Assembly: GCA_963719515.1 (NCBI GenBank)
Contig: CAVRCJ010000006.1
Coordinates: 352,001 to 416,000 of the forward strand
Length of the DNA: 64,000 bases
Direction of reading: 5' to 3'
Source of the DNA: an uncultured cyanobacterium
GTDB lineage: Bacteria; Cyanobacteriota; Cyanobacteriia; CAKZMO01
Positions 49,990 to 60,809 of the stretch are shown here, piece after piece. Position 1 is the stretch's first letter. The number at the start of each line of letters is the position of its first letter. The notes beneath the pieces were generated by a model, which saw only the letters and a list, made by a program, of their open reading frames with translations, did no database searches and was not told the origin of the DNA. The position numbers and the translations under genes were made by a program.

Positions 49990-50955
49990 TTACTTGTTAC
50001 TGCTGAGCTTAAACGCAAAGCTGTTCTTTAAAAAATCGGAAAAGAACTGAGGCGGATCAACTTGGGGTTTCTTTTGAACGACCTGACGCAGTCTCCACAG
50101 GCTATATCCCGCCATCCAGGCATAGTCAGCGGCCTCCGCGTAGAGTCTGCCGTAGTTCTTCGTGAAGTAGCGTCGCCTCGAATCAAACCAATACTGCGGT
50201 CTACGCTTTGGCGGCTGCTTGAGGTTAGTGACCCCTGAGCTTTGACCAACCAAGTGGACCACGCGGCTCTCTGGAACGTACCAGCAGGGCCAGCCAGCCC
50301 GGTTGGCGACTAGACAAAAGTCCATCTCCTCGTAGTACATGAAGTAGTCGTCGTCCATCAGGCCAACATCGTCGAACACCTCTCGGCGGACGAGCATGCT
50401 GGCTCCGGCAACCCAGTCCGTTTGGACCGTGTCGTCGACCACTGGGGGAGCCACCACCCAGTGGGACAGGAGTTTGGTAACGACCCCTAGCCTCAACCCT
50501 AAATCTAGCTCGCTAAAAACGGTGTGAAAGCGGAAAGCAGAGCGTTGAGGGGTTCCGTCAGGGTCTTCAAGCCGACTGCCCGCAATCCCCACGTCTTTGT
50601 GGGATTCCATGAAGGTATAGAGGTGCTCTAGCCCATGGGGACGAACCACGGTATCGGGGTTAAGCAGCCAAACGTAGTCTGGAGGGTTTTGTGCAAGTCC
50701 CTCTCGAATAATGGCATTGTTCCCGTAGGCAAACCCACCATTTTTGTCGAGCGGCATCAGCGTCACCCAGCTGTGCCATCCTTCGCGCTCGATGGCAGCC
50801 GAGATTACCTCAATGGAATCATCGCCAGAAGCGTTGTCGGACACTACAACTTGAACATTGGGAAGGCGTTGAACTTCGTCTACAAGGGAATGAAGGCAAT
50901 CGATCGTGAGCTTAGGCGTCCGGTAATTTACAATTGCAACGAGTATCATCGTCAA
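49990..50955 (-). CDS. Glycosyltransferase family 2 (rhamnosyltransferase-like)
   Basis: IVNYRT, DNASGD, GFAYGNN, LLNPDT, YFMYYEEMDFC. Confidence 0.9.
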   Translation of the reverse strand: MTMILVAIVNYRTPKLTIDCLHSLVDEVQRLPNVQVVVSDNASGDDSIEVISAAIEREGWHSWVTLMPLDKNGGFAYGNNAIIREGLAQNPPDYVWLLNPDTVVRPHGLEHLYTFMESHKDVGIAGSRLEDPDGTPQRSAFRFHTVFSELDLGLRLGVVTKLLSHWVVAPPVVDDTVQTDWVAGASMLVRREVFDDVGLMDDDYFMYYEEMDFCLVANRAGWPCWYVPESRVVHLVGQSSGVTNLKQPPKRRPQYWFDSRRRYFTKNYGRLYAEAADYAWMAGYSLWRLRQVVQKKPQVDPPQFFSDFLKNSFAFKLSSNK

Positions 50956-51037
50956 TAGGGGTGGGGTGAGATAAAGAATATCGAACGTCTGCGATGAGCC
51001 GCGCCTAGGCTCTATGACATAGCCTTCCTGGCGATCG

Positions 51038-52423
51038 CTAGCTCAACTGCGAGTAGGCGCTAGAGGGCAGCGCAGGTGCTGTCCTCGCCGGGCGTTTTCG
51101 AGACCTAGAGGTAAGAGGTCGCAGCGCAATTCCCGATAGGCTTCCGCAGGCCAAAACATAGATGGGGTTGATCATGGCGTTGAGCAAGCAGTCGATGGTG
51201 TACATCACCACAGCCATAGATAACGCCGCTAAAGGCGCGTATTCTGGCTTCATCCACAGCTTTGGTGGACAGCGCTGCATGAGCACGGTTACGGGGGGGA
51301 GGAGCAGCAGCGCCATCATGCTGACCAGGCCGACAGCTCCCTTCTCTCCGTACTCAATAATCCACAAGCTATCAGGAATAGTGAGCATTTTGCCGTTTTC
51401 GTCAAGCAGAAGGGACCTGCCCCAGCCCCCCCAGCCCAAGAGGGGCCGTTCCCGGGCGATATCCGCCAGAATCTCTTCATTGTTAAATCTAAAGGCGAGG
51501 GACTGCACGCGCTCTGCGGGTAAGACGTTTGATAATCCTTCTACAATTTGATCGGTTACATAGGCATCGGTTTGAGAACTGATGAATAGGTAAGCGACTA
51601 TGGTCAGAGCTAGAAGAAGCACCGGCAGGGCCGTCCGTATTTGCCAGCAGAGGTACAGCAGGACAAATCCAAAGGCGAGCAAGAAGTAAGCGCCTGTGGA
51701 TTTGCACAGCAGAAACGTCACAACCAGTGCGATCGCCAGCCAGCTTATAGGGATATTGCTGACCTTTTTTAAAGCCCCGCTTTTCCACAGCCACAGCCCA
51801 ATCAGGCTAGCTGCCATCATAAAGGCTGCAACCGCAAGACCGTGCTTCATAAACACGGTTGGTCTAAAGCCTCCCCAGCGAACGTTTTGGCCGAATGAGG
51901 AGTGGGCTCTGAAGCCATAAAGCATGAGGTGGAGCTGGGGGCTCATTCGAACCTCATAGAGGCAGAACGGGATGTACGCCAGTCCGCCCAAAAAGATACC
52001 CGTAGCGAGCTGCTGAGCGCCCTCTAAGTTGGCGAGATAGATTCGGCCCAAAAAGTAGGGAATTCCCCAAGTCACCACCTGGATCAAAACCGCTGATACC
52101 CCGTCGTATAGCCCTAGCCCATTGCTTAAAGATGTGGCAATAGGACAAATACAAAAGATAAGCGCTGGAACATCAATCCAGCTAAAGCGGAATGCGCTGA
52201 ACCGTTTGACGTCAAAAACGAAAGTTGCCAGCAAAATTCCATAGGAGGTTGCTGACATTTTCGTCAGGTCAGGAATGCCAGGCAAGACAATTTGCGCCTC
52301 GGGCAAGAATAGCCAAGCAATGATAAAGCTCATGACGACGGCTTTTTGTGCTGGAACCCGCTTGAATAGGTAAAGCACGAAGGGAATCCACCCATATAGG
52401 GCAATGTAGGCGATTGGTGACAT
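51038..52423 (-). CDS. O-antigen ligase/Wzy-like polymerase
   Basis: Multi-TM protein with RPLLGWGGWG and DSLWI motifs inside a polysaccharide cluster. Confidence 0.75.
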   Translation of the reverse strand: MSPIAYIALYGWIPFVLYLFKRVPAQKAVVMSFIIAWLFLPEAQIVLPGIPDLTKMSATSYGILLATFVFDVKRFSAFRFSWIDVPALIFCICPIATSLSNGLGLYDGVSAVLIQVVTWGIPYFLGRIYLANLEGAQQLATGIFLGGLAYIPFCLYEVRMSPQLHLMLYGFRAHSSFGQNVRWGGFRPTVFMKHGLAVAAFMMAASLIGLWLWKSGALKKVSNIPISWLAIALVVTFLLCKSTGAYFLLAFGFVLLYLCWQIRTALPVLLLALTIVAYLFISSQTDAYVTDQIVEGLSNVLPAERVQSLAFRFNNEEILADIARERPLLGWGGWGRSLLLDENGKMLTIPDSLWIIEYGEKGAVGLVSMMALLLLPPVTVLMQRCPPKLWMKPEYAPLAALSMAVVMYTIDCLLNAMINPIYVLACGSLSGIALRPLTSRSRKRPARTAPALPSSAYSQLS

Positions 52424-52445
52424 GGCATTCTACTCAAACTAGGGA

Positions 52446-53351
52446 TTAGCTAGACCAGCTAGACAGATCTCGATTAATGAAGTCAGCAAGAACTTTGTTG
52501 GGTTCAGAAAAATGTTCGAGCAGCTTTTGACGTGTCTCAGGCTTCATGGGCGGAGCGGTATAGGTCTGTCGCACCTGCTTACCGTATGACGACTTTTGAA
52601 GCAGTTGGTAGACGCCGTCGCGCCAAGACTGTGGCACAGCCGCTGCGGCCGTTGCCAGCAGAGGAACTTTTCTGAGCGGAGCAGTAATCCGCCCTCGAAG
52701 CGTGTCCTCGAACACCTGTTTACCCTGATTTGCGATGACCGGTCCCTCGTCAGCAAAGTCGAAGCCGTCATCAACGCCAATAAACTGGCAGACTGATTTC
52801 AGCGTCTTGTACGGGGCGTCGATCATATCTTCGGAAAGCAAAAATAGAAATCTTTCTTTGGGAAAAAGGGCTGTGTAGCGCTCGATTTGCATCATGTAGT
52901 TACTGCCGTCAATAGCTTCACTGGTGCGCTCAAGATATTCCTCAAATGTCTCGTCTACGCCAGAACGGTGGCGATGCACGTAGTACGAATAGGCGCGGTT
53001 AACGGGATGACGCATGAGGTAGATCAGCTTCACCTCAGGGAGATGCTCCGCCATTCGCTCGGCGGCGTGGGGATATCTAGGCCATTTGGCGTAGTCTGTA
53101 GAAGCTTCGCCGCAGGCCTGGTCTTCCGTCGCTAGCTCAAATAAAGATGCGTAGTACTCTAGTCCCTTTTCGTATTTTTCGTCTATCCCAAAAAAGTTGG
53201 GTTCTTTGTCGTCAGGAATAAAACAGCCTGGATGCTTGCGAAGATAGGTTGCTAGAGTCGTTGTCCCCGACTTGGCCGCCCCAATGATTAGAAATTTAGG
53301 TAGATTCATCTGCCCTTTATTACTCATAACTTTATAACTCATACAAACCAA
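52446..53351 (-). CDS. Sulfotransferase
   Basis: PAPS loop IIGAAKSGTT, KEPNFF, GEASTDY, LMRHPVNRAYS; start may be 53309. Confidence 0.92.
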   Translation of the reverse strand: MVCMSYKVMSNKGQMNLPKFLIIGAAKSGTTTLATYLRKHPGCFIPDDKEPNFFGIDEKYEKGLEYYASLFELATEDQACGEASTDYAKWPRYPHAAERMAEHLPEVKLIYLMRHPVNRAYSYYVHRHRSGVDETFEEYLERTSEAIDGSNYMMQIERYTALFPKERFLFLLSEDMIDAPYKTLKSVCQFIGVDDGFDFADEGPVIANQGKQVFEDTLRGRITAPLRKVPLLATAAAAVPQSWRDGVYQLLQKSSYGKQVRQTYTAPPMKPETRQKLLEHFSEPNKVLADFINRDLSSWSS

Positions 53352-53387
53352 GCTCAGCTTAGCGGAATAGCTTATCGATAGCTGACA

Positions 53388-54731
53388 CTATAGAAACACT
53401 TCTCTAATAGATAGCTCAAATCCTAGAAGATAACGACATAGGGCAGCAAGAGCAACCGCCGAAAGCATCAGAAATGTGGCTAAAAGATCCTGTTTCACAA
53501 ACGAGACCTTTTCTCGGCAAAGGCCATAAGCTGCAACGCTGTAGGGCAATATATCGTTCAGCGCGATCGCAATAATTGCACCCGGCAGTCCAAAAGCTTT
53601 ATAAGATAGAGGCACGGCAACTATCATGTAAATGAGCTTGAAATTGTATCCAACCGCGCCATAAACGGACTGGCCCACCGCCAGCAGAACCGCATTGGAA
53701 AGCTGAAACAAAATCATGGGCCAAATTCCAACGGCCAAAAGGGGCAACATCCAGGCCGCATTTCTGTAGTTCTCGTCATACAGAACGAGGATGATATAGT
53801 CTCCTACGTTAAAGAGCAGCGCCACGCCTAACGCCATGCCAATCAAGAGTAACCAGCGCTTCTTCTCTAGCTTTTCTCGCAATACGGCTCTAGGCTGGCT
53901 AGCCTGTTTTGAGACGACTGGAAAGACAACCTGGGTCGTCAATCGGCTGACGACCTGAGCCGGCAGATCGGCGAGGGTAAATGCGACGGTGTATACCCCC
54001 AGCATCTCGAATGAGAATAGCTTACCCAAGATAAGTCGGTCCGACTGCGACGCCAAAAAGGTCATTGCGGTGGAGACAAAAATCCACTTTCCAAATGAGA
54101 AAATTTCTTTTGCGGCTTCCGCATCCCAGGTAAACCGATGCTTTAGGTCTGGAATGAGCCGGTGACTCCAGATCATTTTGATGGTTGTGGAAACAATATT
54201 GCCCCCCACCAACGCCCAAACAGTCGGGCTGATCAAAGCCCAAGCCACCATAACGCTCAGAGATATGGCCTGAGCCACAAACTCAAAGACCGTTATCTTG
54301 CCAAAATCTAGTCTCTTTTTTAGAACATGCAGCGATGCGGAATAAAATCCCTGAATAATGGTTGTCAGACTAACGACCGGAATTAACCAAAGTAAGCGAT
54401 CATCTTCATAGAATGAAGCCACTGGCCAAGCGATAATCAGACTACAGGCCCAAAGTCCAAAGCCTCGAATGGCTTGAATTGTCCAAGCTGTGTTGACAAA
54501 TACAATGTCATCACCACGCTTGTTCTGGATGATGCTGGGCCCAATACCGATGTCAGAGAATAGAACAAGACCTATCACGAAGGTGTTGATCAAGCTCATC
54601 AATCCGAAATACTCCGGGACAAGCAGGCGCGTCAAAATGATGTTGCCGGCGAATCTCAGCCCTTGACTCGCACCGTAGCCGATGAAAGTCCAAGCAGCTC
54701 CATGTATAGCTTTCTTTTCGAGGGACACCAT
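53388..54731 (-). CDS. Oligosaccharide flippase (Wzx)
   Basis: ILTRLLVPEYFG, SDIGIGPSIIQ, FGKWIF, DRLILGK; many TM helices. Confidence 0.9.
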   Translation of the reverse strand: MVSLEKKAIHGAAWTFIGYGASQGLRFAGNIILTRLLVPEYFGLMSLINTFVIGLVLFSDIGIGPSIIQNKRGDDIVFVNTAWTIQAIRGFGLWACSLIIAWPVASFYEDDRLLWLIPVVSLTTIIQGFYSASLHVLKKRLDFGKITVFEFVAQAISLSVMVAWALISPTVWALVGGNIVSTTIKMIWSHRLIPDLKHRFTWDAEAAKEIFSFGKWIFVSTAMTFLASQSDRLILGKLFSFEMLGVYTVAFTLADLPAQVVSRLTTQVVFPVVSKQASQPRAVLREKLEKKRWLLLIGMALGVALLFNVGDYIILVLYDENYRNAAWMLPLLAVGIWPMILFQLSNAVLLAVGQSVYGAVGYNFKLIYMIVAVPLSYKAFGLPGAIIAIALNDILPYSVAAYGLCREKVSFVKQDLLATFLMLSAVALAALCRYLLGFELSIREVFL

Positions 54732-54804
54732 AAACGTGAATCAGTGATTGGGTCTTGAGATTGGCAAGGGTGCGTTTAAAGGCTAGAAAAACCGGGAGAG
54801 ACGG

Positions 54805-56070
54805 CTAAACAGAAGCTTGACTTGAATCTCTTAGACCAAACGAGCCGGTGACAGCAGACTGCGGCATTTGTTTTTCTGAAAACAGCTCCTTTAAGACGAG
54901 TGCTTCAGCAGTGGCGTCGTGATAGCTCCGAATCCGTGCCTTCCCTTGCTCCCCCATCGTTTCGAGGGTCTCTCTAGATGACTCTAGCGCAGCTCTAACC
55001 GCCTCTGCGAGTTTTTCAATAGCGCCGGGAGGAACGAGCCATCCACAGCAGCCAGGCTCGACTAGTTCCGGAATACCGGCGACGTAGGTGCTGACAACCG
55101 GTCGCCCGAGAGCCAGCGACTCCATAATGACAACGGGTAAACCTTCTGCAAAACTGGGTAAAACTGAAATCTTTGAGCTAACTATATAGTCCTTAACTTC
55201 TGAGCTACTCGCCCAGCCGGTGATTGTAACTTGATCCGTTAGGTTGAGGTCTCGGATGCGGTCTTCGATGGGCGATCGCAGAGGACCATCGCCAACAAGC
55301 ACTAGGCTGAACGGAACCTGCTCCTTCGCGAGCAGTCCAGCGGCCTCAATCAGCATCAAGTGCCCCTTCTGCTCAGAAAGTCTCCCGACACAAACTAGCT
55401 GGGGCGTATCGGGTAGATCGTGCGTAGGGGCAGAGAGGTACTCTTGATCGACGCCGCAGCGAACAATTTTTATCTTGGACCAGTGCTCGAAGCTGCACCA
55501 GCGATAGAGCTGACTACGCCCAAATGAGCTGATGGCCACCACAAACTTAGCTCGCTCTATCTTTTGGGTCAGGCCAATCCCCCCTACCCGATCAAACTCC
55601 TCTGGGCCATGGACCGTAAAGCTGTAGGGGATGCCGCTCAGCTCGCTGGCCAGCATCGCCACAGTTGCCGAGTTAGTGCCAAAATGGGCGTGCAGGTGGG
55701 TCACACCGTCAGCTATCAGCCAGTTTGCCAGGGTGCAGGCCTCAACAAGATAGATGAGGTGGTACAGGATGCCGCGATCGCCCTGCTGTCCCTGCTTAAG
55801 CGCTAGCGTCAGCGCTGCGACAAAAGCGACGGGATGAGTGAGTAGCGCTTTAACAAAGCTCCAAAGTAAAATATACGGTGGCTGGCTCAAGACAACCTTT
55901 GTCTTTTGGAGTTCTTGCTTGTCAGCCTCGTCGACAAGTTCTCCACTGCAAGAGCGGATTGAAAACCGCATCACTGCTACGCCGTGGCTCTCTAGGCTCA
56001 GAATTTCTCTGCGAATAAAGCTGTGGCTGACTTTGGGATATTGATTGACTAGATACGCAACGCTAGACAT
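54805..56070 (-). CDS. Glycosyltransferase family 4 (WcaL-like)
   Basis: YPKVSHSFIRREI, HLHAHFG, VGRLSEQKG, SFAEGLPVVIMES. Confidence 0.9.
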   Translation of the reverse strand: MSSVAYLVNQYPKVSHSFIRREILSLESHGVAVMRFSIRSCSGELVDEADKQELQKTKVVLSQPPYILLWSFVKALLTHPVAFVAALTLALKQGQQGDRGILYHLIYLVEACTLANWLIADGVTHLHAHFGTNSATVAMLASELSGIPYSFTVHGPEEFDRVGGIGLTQKIERAKFVVAISSFGRSQLYRWCSFEHWSKIKIVRCGVDQEYLSAPTHDLPDTPQLVCVGRLSEQKGHLMLIEAAGLLAKEQVPFSLVLVGDGPLRSPIEDRIRDLNLTDQVTITGWASSSEVKDYIVSSKISVLPSFAEGLPVVIMESLALGRPVVSTYVAGIPELVEPGCCGWLVPPGAIEKLAEAVRAALESSRETLETMGEQGKARIRSYHDATAEALVLKELFSEKQMPQSAVTGSFGLRDSSQASV

Positions 56071-56775
56071 ATATAATTTAGATAGAGAAAATAAGGTAAA
56101 CGAGTAGTAAGATTCAATATTGAAATCGGCGATATCGCGGTAAGCCGCGTCAGCGAGTCGCAACCATGACCAACCCTTATCTGAGACCCGAGCTGTGGGT
56201 CTAGTCTAGTTAACCCCGGCTAAAGGTTGTCAAAACATTGGTTCTGAGAGCATCGATTTTACTCAGCTATCCACAAGCACTCTATAGGCTAGAGGGCCTG
56301 CCACCTCTAAAGGTAGGTTAGGACGTGTAAAGCTCGACTATTTCCCGCCAGACAATCATCGACTCTTCATTATTCCTAAAATAGCTTCAAATTTTAATAA
56401 AATTCAGCAGGCTGGCATAATCCTGCCAAGTGCTTAGCCAGAGAAGGTTTGAGGCAACACCATCTGCTTCCACGAGCCTCTATTCGCCTGCAAAGGACAT
56501 CTCCTTTGGAGATTAATTTGCAAATCCTTTATGTTTCACTGAGTTTCCCTGGCTGAAGCTTTACAACTTGGACGAAGTTAGGCGCAAATTGTTTCGGGGT
56601 CCACAGGCATACTTTAGGTATATTTAACGAAGAGCGTCACGCGACTTTCAGCCTTAAATAGAGATTAGGGCAAAAAAAGGCAGCGGCCTAGAGAAAAGAT
56701 ACTTCATGCCTCAACAATTTGCTGCACTGCTCTCACAAGCTGCCGCGCTTAATTGAGACCTGCATATTTGATTTT

Positions 56776-57366
56776 ATGATGAACAACCCCTCACGCTCTC
56801 CGATTTCAGCAACTGAACCCGATTGGAGCCGAGAAGAGCCTTCAGCGCTTTGGGAGCCTTCGAAGCAGCTTATGAAAGCCATTCGTCGCTACCAGGCTTG
56901 GCAAGACAGAACAGGACCAATAGCCTGGGGAACCTGTAAGCTGGCGGTGCTGCAGCACCGTTTTTGGAGCGTTGTCACGGGAGCCGACGTTCCCATTAAT
57001 TGCCAGATTGGTGGAGGGCTGGTTTTGCCCCACCCCAATGGCGTCGTGATTCACCCCGAGGCTCGTATTGGACCGAACTGCGTCTTTTTTCAGCAGGTGA
57101 CCGTGGTGGCTGGGGTCACGGTGGGAGGACAAGTCAATATCACCGCAGGGGCGAAGATCATCCGCCCCGTGACGATTGGAAACCACGCCAAAATCGGGGC
57201 AAACGCGGTGGTCCGATGCGATGTTCCTGCTGGTGCAACAGCTGTAGGCGTTCCGGCCCGGGTGATTCTGCCGCGTCGCGCCGAGGCCGATGACGGCCAA
57301 GCTGAGAGACAGTCTGCTCCGTCTCAGCCTGTAAGCCTGAGCCATCAAGAGAGCGGCACGGCTTAA
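56776..57366 (+). CDS. Serine acetyltransferase-like (WcaB-like) hexapeptide acetyltransferase
   Basis: IGGGLVLPHPNGVVIH, IGANAVV..DVP.GATAVGVPAR. Confidence 0.85.
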   Translation: MMNNPSRSPISATEPDWSREEPSALWEPSKQLMKAIRRYQAWQDRTGPIAWGTCKLAVLQHRFWSVVTGADVPINCQIGGGLVLPHPNGVVIHPEARIGPNCVFFQQVTVVAGVTVGGQVNITAGAKIIRPVTIGNHAKIGANAVVRCDVPAGATAVGVPARVILPRRAEADDGQAERQSAPSQPVSLSHQESGTA

Positions 57367-57376
57367 ACCGCGGCCC

Positions 57377-57967
57377 TCATGTTACAGGCTTATTTAAACC
57401 TGGGGCGACGCGTAGCGAGTACTCGGTGTGGATGTCCCATTGAGTCCTGTAGACCAGTAGAGTCAGGCGATCGCAGACAAACTCAAAGTGAACCGGACGC
57501 GATTGTAGGTCGTCCCAGGCTCGGCGAAACAGCGCTGGAGACAGGTTGCGTGAGGCCACGGTGACGTGAGGAGAAAAGGAGCGCGACTTGGCCTTAGGAT
57601 CGCTAATGCTGCAGTGGGCGCTGAGGTGGCGGGCAATCTGAGCCTGTAGCGTTAGCAGGGCCTCAGTCTTTTCGACATTTATGTAGAGGACGCGGGGCTC
57701 AAATGCGCTGAACCCATTGAGGCAGATTGGTACCGGAGCCTGTCGGGCGGCGATCGCCTCAATCTGTTGAGCGAGCTTGCTGATGGAGTTAGTATTGGTG
57801 GCCCAAAGGAAAGGGGGCTGCAGCGTGATGTGGGGGGCAGCTTTGGCGGTACTGGTGCGGTAGCGCTTTCGCAGCTCGGCAATCACGCCGCTGGCATAAG
57901 CTTCAACCTCTGGGGCTAGCATTAGGGCGATGAAGAAGCGCGCTGGGTCTGAATTAGACAGGGTCAT
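57377..57967 (-). CDS. 2'-5' RNA ligase family (2H phosphoesterase)
   Basis: Two HxT motifs: PHITLQPP and PHVTVA. Confidence 0.88.
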   Translation of the reverse strand: MTLSNSDPARFFIALMLAPEVEAYASGVIAELRKRYRTSTAKAAPHITLQPPFLWATNTNSISKLAQQIEAIAARQAPVPICLNGFSAFEPRVLYINVEKTEALLTLQAQIARHLSAHCSISDPKAKSRSFSPHVTVASRNLSPALFRRAWDDLQSRPVHFEFVCDRLTLLVYRTQWDIHTEYSLRVAPGLNKPVT

Positions 57968-58055
57968 GGGAGCTAGATAATGTCGCTAGACAGACTTTGC
58001 ATTAGTGGTCAATGGTGTCACAGTAGTAGGTAGCGATCGTCTCAAGGGAGAACCT

Positions 58056-58697
58056 ATGGTAACTATTGCTGTCATTGATTACGATATGGGCAATCTGCAC
58101 TCTGCCTGCAAGGGCATCGAGCAGGCCGGCGGCCATCCTAATATTACCGACCGCGCCAGCGATATTCTCAGCGCTGATGCCGTCATTCTCCCAGGGGTAG
58201 GCGCTTTTGACCCCGCCGTGCGCCATATCCGCGCCCGCGACTTGGCCGGACCCATCCGCGATGCGATCGACAGCGGCAAGCCATTCCTAGGCATTTGTCT
58301 GGGGCTACAGATTTTGCTAGAGGGCTCTGAGGAAGGGCGAGAGCCGGGGTTAGGGCTTATTCCCGGCATGATTCGCAAGTTTCAGCCAGAGCCCAGCATT
58401 ACCATCCCGCAGATGGGGTGGAACCAGCTCGATCTGACCCAGCCCAGTCTGCCGCTCTGGAATCAGATGCCCCCTAACCCCTGGGTCTATTTCGTTCACT
58501 CTTACTACGCCGACCCCACAGACCCCGACGTGGTTGCCGCCACCGTCACCCACGGCTCTCAAGTTGTGACCGCTGCGATCGCCAAGGGCAACCTCAGCGC
58601 TGTGCAGTTCCACCCGGAGAAATCTTCAACGGCGGGGCTACAGCTGCTCGCCAACTTCGTCCAAACCGTCCAGCAGGCTTCGGCTGTGGCAGTCTAG
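58056..58697 (+). CDS. hisH: Imidazole glycerol phosphate synthase subunit HisH
   Basis: IDYDMGNL, LPGVGAF, GICLGLQ, YFVHSY, QFHPEKS. Confidence 0.96.
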   Translation: MVTIAVIDYDMGNLHSACKGIEQAGGHPNITDRASDILSADAVILPGVGAFDPAVRHIRARDLAGPIRDAIDSGKPFLGICLGLQILLEGSEEGREPGLGLIPGMIRKFQPEPSITIPQMGWNQLDLTQPSLPLWNQMPPNPWVYFVHSYYADPTDPDVVAATVTHGSQVVTAAIAKGNLSAVQFHPEKSSTAGLQLLANFVQTVQQASAVAV

Positions 58698-58732
58698 CCA
58701 GCGGCTTCGCTGAGCTGTTCGCGCAGGTCGCT

Positions 58733-59317
58733 ATGGCGCTTCGTATCTACGGAAATCGTCCCCTTAAAACGCTGCCGGGGCAGAAAACGAGACCGACGTC
58801 AGCGCGGGTACGAGAGGCCGTATTCAATATCCTCCAGGGCGACGTTTCGGGCTGCCGCTGGCTAGACCTTTGCGCCGGCAGTGGAGCCATGGGGGCAGAG
58901 GCACTTTGCCGGGGAGCCTGCTACGCCCTGGGCATTGAGCGCTCTGGGCCGGCCTGCGCTGTGGTCTCCCACAACTGGCGGCAGGTCGCTGGCCCCGGCC
59001 AAACGTTTGATGTGGTCCGAGGAGACTTAGTGAAGCAGCTCCCCAGGCTCAAGCGACCTCCCTTCGACTACATTTACTTCGATCCGCCCTACGCCAGCGA
59101 TCTCTATGAGCCCGCACTGCAGGCGATCGCCACCTACGCGCTTCTACAGCAGGGGGGAGCCCTCATTGTCGAACATGCCGACGACAAAATGCTCCCCCCT
59201 GAAGTTTTAAGCCAAGACAATTCCAAGGACTCGCCTCAGCTAAGGCGCTACCGACAAAAGACCTATGGACACACCCAGCTCTCGTTTTATGCCGTTGATT
59301 GTGCTGCTGCGCTTTAG
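58733..59317 (+). CDS. rsmD: 16S rRNA m2G966 methyltransferase
   Basis: TRPTSARVREAVFN, LDLCAGSG, FDPPY. Confidence 0.92.
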   Translation: MALRIYGNRPLKTLPGQKTRPTSARVREAVFNILQGDVSGCRWLDLCAGSGAMGAEALCRGACYALGIERSGPACAVVSHNWRQVAGPGQTFDVVRGDLVKQLPRLKRPPFDYIYFDPPYASDLYEPALQAIATYALLQQGGALIVEHADDKMLPPEVLSQDNSKDSPQLRRYRQKTYGHTQLSFYAVDCAAAL

Positions 59318-59349
59318 CGCAGCAGATTAATCGCCTGTGATTGGTTGTC

Positions 59350-59463
59350 CTATAGATCGAGCTGGTTGCCGCGTCGATACTGCAAATAGGCAGCAACAAA
59401 CAGACCTGCCAGCGTGATAGGAATTAGACCCAGTACAATCCCAGATAGTAAAGGCTCAACCAT
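59350..59463 (-). CDS. petG: Cytochrome b6-f complex subunit V
   Basis: Manual translation [37 protein letters not shown] (37 aa); below the ORF-track cutoff. Confidence 0.97.
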   Translation of the reverse strand: MVEPLLSGIVLGLIPITLAGLFVAAYLQYRRGNQLDL

Positions 59464-59898
59464 AGCTCAAATCTCCTTGTCGTACTTGTTGTTATCAAAA
59501 TCGACCTATCGCCAGCTCGATCTAGAGTCAATTCTAGCGACTGCGGTAGGGCTACTACGATCTATATCGCCGTGATCCGTATCATTGAGATCGTATCACT
59601 GAGACAGCAGTCGTGCAGGTATTGCATCGAGCACCACGCGCCCAGTACGCTCATACGTCTTCATCGTCGCACGCTGTGGCAGTCTCATGCCGTTCACATT
59701 CCGTAACAGAGCTAAAAATAACGACACTCAACTGACCACTTTGCCCGTATCCCTCTCTCCGAAAAGATCTCCGCTGCTGAGGAGCAGGCGATTGACAGGG
59801 AAAAGCTTTGGAAAACTTCAAAGACCGCTTGAGCTGGCGTTAAGAAGGATAAAGTATTAAAGTGTTTTATTAGATAGCGACACTCTATATCCCTAGCG

Positions 59899-60291
59899 TT
59901 GACTAAAGAACTTTTGAACGAGCGTACAACACTCAATCTCGATGTGATTATCCAAGGGTTATCCTTAGCGATAATCGCGGTGCTGTTCGCGGTGCTCCTG
60001 TTTTTGCTGGGAATGTATCAGACGCGCTACGCCGATCCCTACATCCGCAGCGTCTTAGCGACGTCAGGTGATGCTGAGCGAGGCAGCGCAATATTTCAGA
60101 TGAACTGCGGCACCTGTCACGGACTCTACGGTGATGGGCTTGTCGGACCTAGCTTGCACGACGTCTCTGAGCGTAAGTCGCGGGTGGCTATCATCCGGCA
60201 GGTCATCAGCGGCAACACGCCACCCATGCCCCAGTTTCAGCCTAACTACAAGGACATGGCAGACCTGCTGGAGTACCTTGAAGTAATCTAG
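59899..60291 (+). CDS. cytM: Cytochrome cM
   Basis: N-terminal TM, CGTCH heme motif, GNTPPMPQFQP; divergent from petG. Confidence 0.88.
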   Translation: MTKELLNERTTLNLDVIIQGLSLAIIAVLFAVLLFLLGMYQTRYADPYIRSVLATSGDAERGSAIFQMNCGTCHGLYGDGLVGPSLHDVSERKSRVAIIRQVISGNTPPMPQFQPNYKDMADLLEYLEVI

Positions 60292-60293
60292 CT

Positions 60294-60686
60294 TCAGGCA
60301 TCAGCTTCGTAAGCCTCTAAAGGTAAGTCGTCTGGATCAAAGAAGAAGGTGAACTTGCGGTTGGTTAGCTTATCTACGCGAACGGGTTCGACGTCAACCC
60401 CTTGCTCGATCAGATATTCCGCAAATTCGTCAACGTTGTCAACGGCAAATGAGAGGTGACGCAGCCCACGAGCCTCGGGGTGAGAAGGACGCGCGGGCGG
60501 ATTGGGGAAGGAGAACAGCTCAATGCGCTCGCGATCGCCCACTTTAAGGTCTAGCTTGTAGGAGTCGCGCTCGTCTCTGTAGGTCTCCTCGATAATGGGG
60601 AAGCCTAGAATCTCTGTGTAAAACAGCTTAGACCACTTGTAGTCTGAGCAGATGATGGCGACATGGTGGATCGACTTAATATGCAT
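60294..60686 (-). CDS. VOC/glyoxalase family protein (YaeR-like)
   Basis: IHHVAIICSDY, IELFSF, GLRHLSF, DPDDLPLE. Confidence 0.9.
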   Translation of the reverse strand: MHIKSIHHVAIICSDYKWSKLFYTEILGFPIIEETYRDERDSYKLDLKVGDRERIELFSFPNPPARPSHPEARGLRHLSFAVDNVDEFAEYLIEQGVDVEPVRVDKLTNRKFTFFFDPDDLPLEAYEADA

Positions 60687-60809
60687 TAATCGCAAAGGTA
60701 TCGGGACGAACGATGTGCTGACTCGCAGCACATCTCAAAGTTTAGCAACTCCTTGGAAATTCTCACCGAATCTCAGCGGCAAGAGTGACCCGCCGCACAG
60801 CTGGGCTCT

